From positions 1 to 32,000 of the forward strand of contig NZ_OMOH01000008.1 of NCBI RefSeq assembly GCF_900289195.1: 32,000 nucleotides of DNA. Direction: 5' to 3'. Below are positions 7,994-16,314 of this stretch, one piece after another. Position 1 is the stretch's first letter; each line of letters opens with the position of its first letter. The translations under genes and the position numbers were made by a program. Below the pieces are notes generated by a model that was not told where the DNA came from, made no database searches, and saw only the letters and a list, made by a program, of their open reading frames with translations. Origin of the DNA: Propionibacterium ruminifibrarum. Lineage in GTDB: Bacteria > Actinomycetota > Actinomycetes > Propionibacteriales > Propionibacteriaceae.

Positions 7994-8128
7994 ATGGTGC
8001 CGAGACGAACCGGTTGGTTCACGGCGGTCGTCGCCGCCCTGCTCGGGCTGGCCCACCTGCACCGCCAGCGCGAGGAACGACACGAGGCCGAGCTGTGGGC
8101 CGAGATCGGCCGCCGCTTCGAGCCCTGA
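7994..8128 (+). CDS. small (44 aa) single-pass membrane protein, uncharacterised
   Basis: AGGAGG (7982-7987) lies 6 nt before the ATG at 7994. The product is MVPRRTGWFTAVVAALLGLAHLHRQREERHEAELWAEIGRRFEP, with one hydrophobic helix and a charged tail. By hand count, 39 of 44 codons end in G/C, as in real genes here. Confidence 0.55.
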   Translation: MVPRRTGWFTAVVAALLGLAHLHRQREERHEAELWAEIGRRFEP

Positions 8129-8273
8129 CCGGGCATCCTGGTTCCTACGGCCGCGTCACGGCGGCTGGTCCTCGCAGACGGGGCGGCGTCCTTGTGCGAC
8201 CACCGGCTCAGCCGTCCCCGACCGCTCTCCCAGCCCGGTTACAGCACCCCGTTGTGCTTCATACACTTCACCC

Positions 8274-9473
8274 ATGAGCTTCGTCCCCATGCTCCACCGC
8301 GGCACACGCCGGGAGCTCACCGCCGACGCGGCACTGGCCGCGGGGCTCACCGCGGCCACCTGCTTCTGGGGCGATGTCACCTTCCCCTACCACGATTCCC
8401 ATCTGGCGACGCTGCTCACGAGCCTGCCGCTGACGGTGCCGGTCGTCCTGCGCCGCAAGCAGCCGCTCATCATGCTCGCCGTCGCCACCGTCGGCGGCCT
8501 GCTGCAGTGCGTCGTTCTCGAGGCGCCGTCGCCCTCGCTCATCGCGGTGCCGATCATCACCTACTCGGTGGCCCGCTGGGTGCCGGGCCGTGACTCGCGG
8601 CTGGCGCTGCTGGCTGGTTTCATCGGCGCGATCGTCGGCCCCTACCGCTGGTCGCACACCGCCGACCCGTGGATCGCCACACCGAACCCGCACAACGTCT
8701 TCTACCTGCTGTTCCTGATCTGCGCGGCGATGGTGCTCGTGCCCTACCAGATCGGGCGTCGCACGCGGGAGAACGACGAGGCCGAGCTGGAACGCGAGCT
8801 GGCCGCCGAGGCCCAGTACGAGGCCCAGCTCGCCGCCCAGGCCGAACGCGCGCGCAGCATCGAGGCCCGCACCCGCAACGAGATCGCCCGGGAGCTGCAC
8901 GACGTCGTCGCCCACTCGCTGAGCGTCATCACCGTGCAGGCCCAGGGCGGCAAGGCCCTCGCCGCGAAGAACCCCGACGCGGCCGCCCAGGTGCTCGACA
9001 CGATCGCGGACACCAGCCGCGAGGCACTCGTCGAGATGCGGCGCATCGTCGGGGTGCTGCGCGAGGGCCCGGCCGAGTATCGTCCGCAGCCGACGCTGTG
9101 CGACATCCCGGCCATGACCGAGCGTGCCGGGGAGCGCGTGCACCTGGAGGTCACCGGCACGGCGCCGATCGTGCCGCCTACGCTGGGGCTGGCCGCCTAC
9201 CGCATCTGCCAGGAGGCGGTGACGAACTTCCTCAAGCACGCCGGCGACCAGGCCACGTGCTGGATGCGGCTGGACTACGAACCCGACCGCATCGTCATCG
9301 ACGTCACGGACGATGGCGCGGGCGCCGCCGTGGTGGACGACGGCGCGGGCAACGGGCTCCGCGGCATGTCCGAGCGCGCCGCGGCGATGGGCGGCACGGC
9401 GCGCGCCGGACCCCGCCCCGAGGGAGGGTTCGGGGTGCACGCCGAACTCCCGCTGGCCCAGGCGGACCGGTAG
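8274..9473 (+). CDS. two-component sensor histidine kinase, HisKA_3 (NarX/DesK/LiaS-type) with polytopic N-terminal membrane domain
   Basis: It starts at the internal ATG 8274 of the 7452..9473 ORF. Several hydrophobic helices come first, then a coiled Ala/Glu-rich linker. The H-box is RNEIARELHDVVAHSLSVITVQA. The ATPase motifs are QEAVTNFLKHA, DDG.G and GNGLRGMSERA. MLHRG at 8289 is an alternative start. Confidence 0.85.
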   Translation: MSFVPMLHRGTRRELTADAALAAGLTAATCFWGDVTFPYHDSHLATLLTSLPLTVPVVLRRKQPLIMLAVATVGGLLQCVVLEAPSPSLIAVPIITYSVARWVPGRDSRLALLAGFIGAIVGPYRWSHTADPWIATPNPHNVFYLLFLICAAMVLVPYQIGRRTRENDEAELERELAAEAQYEAQLAAQAERARSIEARTRNEIARELHDVVAHSLSVITVQAQGGKALAAKNPDAAAQVLDTIADTSREALVEMRRIVGVLREGPAEYRPQPTLCDIPAMTERAGERVHLEVTGTAPIVPPTLGLAAYRICQEAVTNFLKHAGDQATCWMRLDYEPDRIVIDVTDDGAGAAVVDDGAGNGLRGMSERAAAMGGTARAGPRPEGGFGVHAELPLAQADR

Positions 9474-9654
9474 ACCCGCCCGGCTCAGTCCCAGGAGTGG
9501 GGCCTGCCCCGCAGCCTGGAGCCCGCCGGCCCTTCGCCGTGTGCGGCCTGTGAACGGCACGGCGCTACCCGGCGCGGCGGGCGGCGGTGGCTACCGTGGG
9601 GTTACGCCGACGCGGGACGCCCGGTACGAGCCGGGCACGAGTGCAGGAGGAATC

Positions 9655-10317
9655 ATGGCCGAGCCCATCACGGTGCTTCTCGTCGACGACCAGGAACTGG
9701 TGCGCAGCGGGTTCCGCATGCTCATCGACGCCCAGGACGACATGCATGTCGTCGGCGAGGCCGCTGACGGTGCCGAGGGGATCGCGCAACTGGACGATCT
9801 GACCCCCGACGTGGTGCTCATGGACATCCGGATGCCGGTCATGGATGGTGTCGAGGCGACCCGACGCATCGTGGAGTCCGGCGTCGACACCCGGGTCCTG
9901 GTACTCACCACCTTCGACCTGGACGAGTACGTCTTCTCGGCCCTCAAGGCCGGGGCCTCGGGCTTCATGCTCAAGGACGCCCGCCCCGAGGAGCTGCTGT
10001 CGGCCATCCGCACCGTCGCCTCCGGTGACGCCGTCGTCGCCCCGAGCGCAACGCGCCGCCTGCTCGAACACGTCGCGCCCACGCTGCCCGACCACGTCGG
10101 TGAGGAGGACAACCGGCTGTCGGTGCTCACCGAACGCGAACTCGAGGTGCTCGGCGAGGTGGCGCGCGGTGCGACGAACGCCGAGATCGCCGAGCACCTG
10201 TTCATGGCCGAGGGCACCGTCAAGACCCACATCGGGCGGCTGCTGTCAAAGCTCGAGGCGCGTGATCGCGTCGGCCTGGTCCTCATCGCCTACGAGACCG
10301 GTCTCGTCCACCCCTGA
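9655..10317 (+). CDS. two-component response regulator, NarL/LuxR family
   Basis: AGGAGG lies 6 nt upstream of the ATG at 9655. The receiver domain is ITVLLVDDQELVRSGFRMLI...PDVVLMDIRMPVMDG...VLVLTTFD...GASGFMLKD. The C-terminal LuxR HTH is LTERELEVLGEVARGATNAEIAEHLFMAEGTVKTHIGRLLSKL. Confidence 0.92.
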   Translation: MAEPITVLLVDDQELVRSGFRMLIDAQDDMHVVGEAADGAEGIAQLDDLTPDVVLMDIRMPVMDGVEATRRIVESGVDTRVLVLTTFDLDEYVFSALKAGASGFMLKDARPEELLSAIRTVASGDAVVAPSATRRLLEHVAPTLPDHVGEEDNRLSVLTERELEVLGEVARGATNAEIAEHLFMAEGTVKTHIGRLLSKLEARDRVGLVLIAYETGLVHP

Positions 10318-10505
10318 GCCGGACCCGACCCGCGAGAAGACCCCGGTGCCCTGCCCGGTCGGCCCGCGGTTGCCACTGCTTGCCCCAATTCCCCTGGCAA
10401 ACAGCGAACATGGACCTCATATGTTCTGACAAGGGAAGTCGTGTCGGATGGAACGGCACGGCGCCATGCCTTTCCGGACCGGGAGCAGCCATATTTTGGG
10501 CGCGA

Positions 10506-10537
10506 TTGGCCCCTTAGGGGCTGTCCGTGTATAAAAT
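10506..10537 (+). promoter_or_regulatory. sigma-70-like promoter candidate (TTGGCC - 18 nt - TATAAAAT)
   Basis: This is the only markedly AT-rich hexamer pair in the 523-bp gap. It is oriented toward the MFS gene about 300 nt downstream. Sequence resemblance only; there are no transcript data. Confidence 0.3.
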
Positions 10538-10554
10538 TCAGGGCAGTAACAGAT

Positions 10555-10683
10555 GCTCTGCTCATGCTGATCGCATCGCCCGATGACGCAGCCGATCGCA
10601 GACATGCAGAGCCCAGGGCATCCGCCGCATTCGCGGCCCGCAGACGCCCAGGGGGCTGTTGGGGGTGACCAGCAGCCCCCTGG
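10555..10683 (+). other. two stem-loops in the putative leader
   Basis: The first stem pairs GCTCTGC (10555-10561) with GCAGAGC (10606-10612). The second pairs CCAGGGGGCTG (10648-10658) with CAGCCCCCTGG (10673-10683). Both are perfect complementary arms read from the sequence. The enclosed region contains two GATCGCA direct repeats. No known riboswitch consensus was recognised. Confidence 0.35.
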
Positions 10684-10841
10684 TGCCCTTCAACTGCGCA
10701 ACGGCGCGTATGGACCGGGTGACATTCCCTTCTCTCGACACGGCGATTCACCGCCGCCCTTCCGGCGTCGCACGGCGCCGAGCACTGGCGGCGGGGCAGC
10801 ACATCCGGGCCGGTTAAACTCCGGATGACCGCGGGAGGGGG

Positions 10842-12197
10842 ATGCGCGTGGAATTCACCCGGAGACTGAGCAGCCTGTGCAGGCATCGCAACTTCCGTCG
10901 CCTCGTGCTCGTCCGCCTGTGCGGGCAGTCCGGTGACGGCACCGCCCAGGTGGGCATGGCCTCGTACCTGCTGTTCAGCCCCCAGAGCCAGACGAGCGCG
11001 TGGGCGGTGGCCGGGGTGCTCGCCCTCACGATGCTCCCCTACTCGCTGTTCGGCCCCTTCGTCTCGGTCCTGCTCGACCGCTTCCCCCGCCAGCGCATCT
11101 CGATGGTCGTCGATGTCACGCGCACCCTCTGCAGTGCCGGGCTGGCGGCGATGATCGCCTCGCACCGGACCGGCGGTGCCGCGAACCTCGTCCTCGCGGT
11201 CCTGCTGCTGGTCATGCTGAGCCTCAACCGTTTCACCCTGGCCGGGCTCCAGGCCGGGCTGGCGAGCACCGTGGACGAGGAGGAGTACCTGGAGGCGAGT
11301 TCGGTCATGCCGATGATCGGCCCGCTGGCCACGCTCTTCGGCGGCGCGGCGGCCGGCATCATCCGCCTGGCGCTCGGCGGGCCGCTCGGCACGGATGCCG
11401 CGAACGGGCTCATCTTCGTCCTGGCGGCGCTGCTGTTCACCGGCGCCGTCGCGGTGGCCCACCGCATCCCCCGCTCGGGGCTGGGCCCGGATGCGGACGT
11501 GGCGCGGACGACCGTGGGTGAGGTGGCACGCGGCCTGGTCACCGGCCTGCGCCACCTGGCGACGCGGCGGCCCGCCTGGCTGACGCTGCTGTCCGAGGCC
11601 GTCGTGCGCATCGGCTACGGCTTCCTCATGGCCTTCGTCGTCGTGATCTACCGCCACCACTTCGCCGCCGGGGACCGCCTCGGCTCGGCGATCACCGGCA
11701 CCGGCGCCTGGTTCGTCGTGAGCGGCATCGGGTTCGTCCTGTCAGGGGTCGTCTCGGTGCCCGTCGCCCACCGCATCGGCGTGCGGCGGTGCATCGGCGC
11801 GATGCTGCTCGTCATGGCCCTCTCGCAGGCCACCGTCGGCGCCGTCATGACCATACCGACCCTGCTCGTCAACTCGTTCCTCATCGGCCTGGCCGGCCAG
11901 TCGCTCAAGGTGCAGGTCGACACCGTCGTGCAAGCCCACGTGGACGACGACCACCGCGGCCGTGTCTTCACGCTCTATGACGTGCTCTACAACATTTCGA
12001 CGGTGCTCGGCGCCGTCATCGCCGCCTGCGTGCTACCGGCCGACGCGGTGAGCCCACCGGCCATGGTCGGCATGGGCGCCGGTTACCTGCTCGCCGGTCT
12101 CGTCTTCTGGGCCGCCTCCCGCAGCATCGGCGACGCGGTCTTCGACAGGGGAACCCGCCGCGAGGACGAGCCGCGGCCCACCACCGCCCGCAGCTGA
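10842..12197 (+). CDS. MFS transporter (12-14 TM, EntS/MFS_3-like), substrate unknown
   Basis: 451 aa and highly hydrophobic, with the N-terminal motif FRRLVLVRLCGQSGDG...A..LL and LDRFPRQR, typical of this MFS subgroup. GGGAGGGGG precedes ATG 10842; GTG 10848 is an alternative start. Confidence 0.8.
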   Translation: MRVEFTRRLSSLCRHRNFRRLVLVRLCGQSGDGTAQVGMASYLLFSPQSQTSAWAVAGVLALTMLPYSLFGPFVSVLLDRFPRQRISMVVDVTRTLCSAGLAAMIASHRTGGAANLVLAVLLLVMLSLNRFTLAGLQAGLASTVDEEEYLEASSVMPMIGPLATLFGGAAAGIIRLALGGPLGTDAANGLIFVLAALLFTGAVAVAHRIPRSGLGPDADVARTTVGEVARGLVTGLRHLATRRPAWLTLLSEAVVRIGYGFLMAFVVVIYRHHFAAGDRLGSAITGTGAWFVVSGIGFVLSGVVSVPVAHRIGVRRCIGAMLLVMALSQATVGAVMTIPTLLVNSFLIGLAGQSLKVQVDTVVQAHVDDDHRGRVFTLYDVLYNISTVLGAVIAACVLPADAVSPPAMVGMGAGYLLAGLVFWAASRSIGDAVFDRGTRREDEPRPTTARS

Positions 12198-12326
12198 ACC
12201 GCCGGGGCTCCCGGCCGGACAGCGTACCCGCCGGCCGGGGCTCTTCCCCGGTGAAGGAGACCCGCCCTTCCGGGGCATCCCCGCTGGTTTGCCACCCCTT
12301 GCCCTGCTCGATAACATCTTTTCCCT

Positions 12327-12359
12327 GAACCCGGATTCACCAAAAAGAAATCCTGGTTC
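12327..12359. other. AT-rich imperfect inverted repeat GAACCCGGATT-N11-AATCCTGGTTC
   Basis: 11-bp arms with one mismatch and an A-rich loop, followed by TTCTTCTGCATT. It lies about 130 nt after the MFS stop and about 70 nt before the marC-family start. It could be a terminator or an operator. Confidence 0.3.
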
Positions 12360-12426
12360 TTCTGCATTGAATGAGATATTTGTCTGGTCGGGTGGTGTGG
12401 CCTCGCCAGGCACCGGGAGAAGGCTC

Positions 12427-13017
12427 ATGACCCTCGTTCTGTCCTCCGCGCTGACGCTCTTCCTCGTCCTCGACCCGCTGGGAAACATCCCGATCTTCCT
12501 CACGGCCCTGCGCGCGGTCGATCCCGGCCGCCGCCAGCTCGTCCTGGCCCGCGAACTGTGCATCGCCCTGCTCATCATGCTGGCCTTCCTCATCGCCGGC
12601 CGGCAGCTGCTCGGCGTCCTGCACGTCACCCAGCCGGCGCTGGCCAGCGCCGGGGGACTCATCCTCATGCTCATCGCCATCCGGATGATGTTCCCCACGC
12701 CCGAGAACAGCCTGACCGAACGCACCGACAGCGAACCGTTCATCGTGCCACTCGCCGTGCCCTACACGGCCGGCCCGTCGGCCCTGGCCACCGAGATCAT
12801 CATGGCGAACCAGCACCCCGACCAGATGCCCCTGCTGCTCGCCGCGGCGGCGCTCGCCTGGCTGCCGTGCGCCGTCATCCTGTTCTTCTCGGGCTACCTG
12901 AACCGCTGGCTGGGTGAACGCTTCCTCACCGCCGTCGAACGGCTCATGGGCATGATCCTGGTGATCGTCTCCACCCAGATGCTGCTCGGCGGCCTGCGGG
13001 ATTTCTTCGGGCTCTGA
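12427..13017 (+). CDS. MarC family (UPF0056) integral membrane protein
   Basis: The internal ATG at 12427 gives 196 aa: LFLVLDPLGNIPIFLTAL...RELCIALLIMLAFLIAG..LL....I...AL..AGGLIL....I.M.F, then PLA.P..AGP. This is the MarC family signature. Confidence 0.85.
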   Translation: MTLVLSSALTLFLVLDPLGNIPIFLTALRAVDPGRRQLVLARELCIALLIMLAFLIAGRQLLGVLHVTQPALASAGGLILMLIAIRMMFPTPENSLTERTDSEPFIVPLAVPYTAGPSALATEIIMANQHPDQMPLLLAAAALAWLPCAVILFFSGYLNRWLGERFLTAVERLMGMILVIVSTQMLLGGLRDFFGL

Positions 13018-13034
13018 GCAGGCCCTGGGCTCAG
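13014..13034. terminator. short hairpin CTGAGC-N9-GCTCAG spanning both convergent stop codons
   Basis: 6-bp arms read directly from the sequence. It lies between the marC-family stop (13015-13017) and the prs-like stop (13031-13033). Weak. Confidence 0.25.
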
Positions 13035-14008
13035 AAGAGCTCCCCCTGGCCCTTCGGCGGTGCGTAGGCGGGGTCGACCCCGTCGAACATCTTCGAGATC
13101 GACCTGCCGTGGTGGATACGGCCGATGGCCTCGGCGAACAGCGGGGCGACGGACAGCGTCGTGAGTTCGGGCCACCCGTCCGGCGCCGGGACGGTGTCGG
13201 TGGTGACGACCTCGCTGATGAACTCCTCGGCCCGCAGCCGCTCGACGGCCCTGCCGGCGAACAGGCCGTGGGTGCAGGCCACCGAGGCCGACAGGGCGCC
13301 CTGCTCCTTGAGCCGGCGGGTCAGCTCGATGATCGAACCGCCGGTGGCGATCTCGTCGTCGAGGACGATGCAGTGCTTGCCGACGACGTCACCGACGACC
13401 ATGTCGATGACGACCTTGTCGTCGGCGAGGCGCCGCTTGCTACCCGCCGCGACGGGCAGGCCGAGCAGGCGGGCGAAGTTGGAGGCGGACTTGGCGTTGC
13501 CGAAGTCCGGGCTGACGACCACCGAGTTGTCGCAGCGGTCGCGGAAGTAGGCCGCGATGACGCCGAGTGCGGTGAGCTGGTCGACGGGCACCGAGAAGAA
13601 GGCCTGCACCTGCGGCGAGTGGAGCTGCATGGTGAGCACGCGATCGGCCCCGGCCGTGACGAGCATGTCGGCGACGAGACGACCGCCGACGCTGATGCGT
13701 GAGGCGTCCTTCTTGTCCGAGCGCGCGTACGAGTAGTGCGGGATGACCGCGGTCACCTGGCCCGCCGAGGCCGACCTGGCGGCCTGCACCATGAGCAGCA
13801 GCTCCATGAGGTGCTCCTGGGTGGGTGGCACGAGCGGCTGCACGATGTAGACGTCGCGCTGGCGGACGTTCACGAGCAGCTGCGCCTGGAGGCAGTCATT
13901 GCTGAACCGGCTGATCTCGACCGGCGAGAGATCGACCTTCGCGTGCCGGCAGATGTTCGCTGCCAGCTCGGTGTGGGCCGAACCCGAGAACACGACGATG
14001 TCTTCCAC
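13031..14008 (-). CDS. prs: ribose-phosphate pyrophosphokinase (PRPP synthetase) family paralogue
   Basis: VVFSGSAHTELA..I......L....ISRFSN.......V..VRQRDVYIVQ, HLMELLLMV.AAR.ASA..VTAVIPHYSYARSDKK, GADRVLTMQLHSPQVQAFF, VVSPDFGNAK and VLDDEIATGGS are all Prs family blocks. The preferred start is GTG 14008, with GGAAGGA 5-6 nt upstream. The ORF-track start GTG 14083 would overlap the mshB-like stop (GTGA) and add 25 non-conserved residues. Confidence 0.85.
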   Translation of the reverse strand: MEDIVVFSGSAHTELAANICRHAKVDLSPVEISRFSNDCLQAQLLVNVRQRDVYIVQPLVPPTQEHLMELLLMVQAARSASAGQVTAVIPHYSYARSDKKDASRISVGGRLVADMLVTAGADRVLTMQLHSPQVQAFFSVPVDQLTALGVIAAYFRDRCDNSVVVSPDFGNAKSASNFARLLGLPVAAGSKRRLADDKVVIDMVVGDVVGKHCIVLDDEIATGGSIIELTRRLKEQGALSASVACTHGLFAGRAVERLRAEEFISEVVTTDTVPAPDGWPELTTLSVAPLFAEAIGRIHHGRSISKMFDGVDPAYAPPKGQGELF

Positions 14009-14079
14009 GACCGTCCTTCCCGCTGCGGATCCGTGCGGCACCAGCCTAGACCGTCGACCACCGGCCTGCGCGGTCGCTC

Positions 14080-14886
14080 TCACCGCGCAGGCAGCAGGCC
14101 GACCCGGCGCGGGATCTCCTGGCGCTGGCCGCCGACGTGCCGGATGTGCTGGTCGGCACCGGAGCCGACGACGGTGAGCTGGGTGCGGAAGCAGCGCAGG
14201 GCCGCGATGACGCGGGCCTCCAGCTGCGGGTCGGTGACATCGAGCCAGCCCGCCGCCGCGACGTCACCGGCGTCGGAGGCGTCCTCCTGCGAGAGCACCT
14301 GGACGAAGGGCACGCCGGCCTGCTCGCAGGCCAGGGCGGCGATCCGGTGGCAGCGCACGTGGTCGGGGTGGCCGTAGCCGCCTCCGTCGTCGTAGCTGAC
14401 CACCACGTCATAGTCGCGGCTGGTCAGGCCGGCGCGCAGGTCGGCGACCTCCCGGGCCAGCGGGGCCACCGTCAGGGCGTGCTCGCCGGCATCGCCGGCG
14501 GGCCCGGCGAGAGTCGGCGTCACCCAGCGCATGCCGGAGTCCTCGTAGCGATGGTCCGCCGAACCGGCCTCGCGCCAGGGGGTGGTGCCGAGGAACCAGC
14601 GGTGCCGCACGCCGAGTTGCGCGCAGGCCGCGTCCAGCTCCCGCTCCCTGACGGCCGTCAGCTCGGCGGGCGTGATGGTCTCGGGCAGGACGCCCGCCAC
14701 GACCTCGCCCCGTTCGCCGCGCGTGCAGGTGACCAGGTCGACGCAGCCACCGCGACTCGACACCCACGCCGCCAGTGGCCCGGTCGAGAGGGTGTCGTCG
14801 TCGGGGTGGGCGTGGACGAGCAGGACGCGCAGGCCCGCCGGGGTGTCGATGATCCGTCCGATCATGCCGGTGTCGTCGGTGGGCAC
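14080..14886 (-). CDS. mshB: PIG-L family N-acetylglucosaminyl deacetylase (MshB/Mca-like)
   Basis: VLLVHAHPDDDTLSTG, VTCTRGERGEV, R..EL..A...LGV and YDDGGGYGHPDHV are zinc-deacetylase LmbE/PIG-L motifs arranged as in MshB. GTG 14886 follows GAGGGGAG. Located immediately downstream of the MshA-like gene. Confidence 0.75.
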   Translation of the reverse strand: MPTDDTGMIGRIIDTPAGLRVLLVHAHPDDDTLSTGPLAAWVSSRGGCVDLVTCTRGERGEVVAGVLPETITPAELTAVRERELDAACAQLGVRHRWFLGTTPWREAGSADHRYEDSGMRWVTPTLAGPAGDAGEHALTVAPLAREVADLRAGLTSRDYDVVVSYDDGGGYGHPDHVRCHRIAALACEQAGVPFVQVLSQEDASDAGDVAAAGWLDVTDPQLEARVIAALRCFRTQLTVVGSGADQHIRHVGGQRQEIPRRVGLLPAR

Positions 14887-14899
14887 GGTGCTCCCCTCG

Positions 14900-16126
14900 T
14901 CATCTCGCCCGGTGCCGGTCCATGACGCGGTGGTAGGCGTCGATGAGCCCGGCCGCCGTGCGGTCCCAGCCGTGGCCCTCGGCGAAGGCCCTGGCCGCCC
15001 CGGTCATGCGTTCGCGCAGCTCGCCGTCGTTGCGGGTGGACTGGGCCGCAGCCGCCCAGGCTGCCGGGTCGCGGCCGTCGAGCAGGATCCCGGTGACGCC
15101 GTCCTGGACCGCCTCGGGGATGCCGCCGACGCGGCTGGCGATGACCGGCACGCCGCTCGCCTCGGCCTCGAGGCAGATCAGCGAGAAGGTCTCCGAATAG
15201 CTCGGCGTGACCAGGGCGCAGGCCCCCCGCAGCATGCTGGCCAGCTCGTCGCGGTTCTGCGAGCCGAGGAAGATGACGTGCTCGTCGAGTCCCAGCTCGT
15301 GCACGAGCCGGTGCAGTTCCTGTTCGTAGTGGGCGAAGTCCTGGGAGGCCTCACCGGCGATCACCAGGTGCGGGCGGTCGAACTCGGGGATCTCGGCCAT
15401 CATGCGGACGACCAGGTCGGGGCCCTTGAGCGGTTGCAGGCGCGAGGCGAACAGGAAGTAGCAGCCGCCGCCGGTCTCGCTCCAGGCCCAGTGCCGTTCG
15501 CCCGGGGCGAGCGGGCGGAACCGGTCCAGGTCGACGCCGGGGTGGACCGGGACGATGGGCGTGTCGAGGGGCCCGTAGCGGTCGATGATGGTCCGCTTCT
15601 CGGCCTCGGAGACGGCGACGATGAGGTCGGACCGGGCGGCCGCCAGCGCCTCCCCCGCCGGGCGCCCGGGTGACTCGGGCGGTTCGCCATCGGTCAGCGA
15701 GTCGGTGCCGGGCGGGGCCGAGACCGAGTGGAAGCTCTGCACGTGGGGTATTCCCCAGTGCTGCGCCAGGGGCAGGGCGGCGACACCGCTGAACCAGTGG
15801 TGGGAGTGGATGATGTCGTAGGCGGGGTCGAGGCGGCCCATGGCCTCGCGGAAGGGTTCGATGAGCGCCTCGGCGCGGCTCTTGGCGACGACGCGGGCCG
15901 GCCCGACATCGAGGTTGATGAGCCGGACACCGGGCTCGATCTCGACCAGGTCGGGCGCGTCGGGGGCGTCGCGTCGGGTGACGAGGTCGACCCGGTGCCC
16001 GGCCCTGGCCAGCGCGAGTGCGGAGTTCAACTCGACGACGTTCATGCCCCCGGCGTCCGCCGACCCGGGGGACGCGACCGGGGACGTGTGCAGCGACACG
16101 AAGGCGATGCGCGCACGCTCGGCCAT
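14900..16126 (-). CDS. mshA: GT4 glycosyltransferase, MshA-like (D-inositol-3-phosphate glycosyltransferase family)
   Basis: The ATG at 16126 is preceded by GAGGAGGTGA. The N-terminal IAFVSLHTSPVASPGSADAGGMNVVELNSALALARAGHRVDLVTRR is the MshA signature block. The C-terminal PSYSETFSLICLEAEASGVPVIASRVGGIPEAV is the GT4 E-x7-E region. Confidence 0.8.
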   Translation of the reverse strand: MAERARIAFVSLHTSPVASPGSADAGGMNVVELNSALALARAGHRVDLVTRRDAPDAPDLVEIEPGVRLINLDVGPARVVAKSRAEALIEPFREAMGRLDPAYDIIHSHHWFSGVAALPLAQHWGIPHVQSFHSVSAPPGTDSLTDGEPPESPGRPAGEALAAARSDLIVAVSEAEKRTIIDRYGPLDTPIVPVHPGVDLDRFRPLAPGERHWAWSETGGGCYFLFASRLQPLKGPDLVVRMMAEIPEFDRPHLVIAGEASQDFAHYEQELHRLVHELGLDEHVIFLGSQNRDELASMLRGACALVTPSYSETFSLICLEAEASGVPVIASRVGGIPEAVQDGVTGILLDGRDPAAWAAAAQSTRNDGELRERMTGAARAFAEGHGWDRTAAGLIDAYHRVMDRHRAR

Positions 16127-16314
16127 CGAGTCACCTCCTCGTCCCCGCTGAATTCTCTCACACGGACCCGGCCCCCCACGCAAGCCTCCGCGGATCACTA
16201 CGAGTGAACGTCCACGTCACGGCGGGGAACGGCCGTCACGCCGGTCGGGCGCCCCGTCCGCGCACCGCCAGTCGCTGCCGCCTGCGGGCCGGTGACTCAC
16301 CTATCGTTGGGCCC

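Noticed and set aside
10441-10828. Track ORFs 10441..10668 (75 aa), 10583..10828 (81 aa) and 10417..10605 (minus strand, 62 aa) in the long intergenic gap
   Set aside because: There is no RBS and no recognisable fold. Third-position GC is only about two-thirds by my count for 10583..10828, well below real genes here. I treated them as non-coding.
13031-14083. Long form of the prs-like gene starting at GTG 14083 (GTGA overlap with the deacetylase stop)
   Set aside because: The extra 25 residues (MRATAQAGGRRSRLVPHGSAAGRTV) precede the position where Prs proteins normally begin. GTG 14008 has a much better RBS. The long form is kept as an alternative and not excluded.
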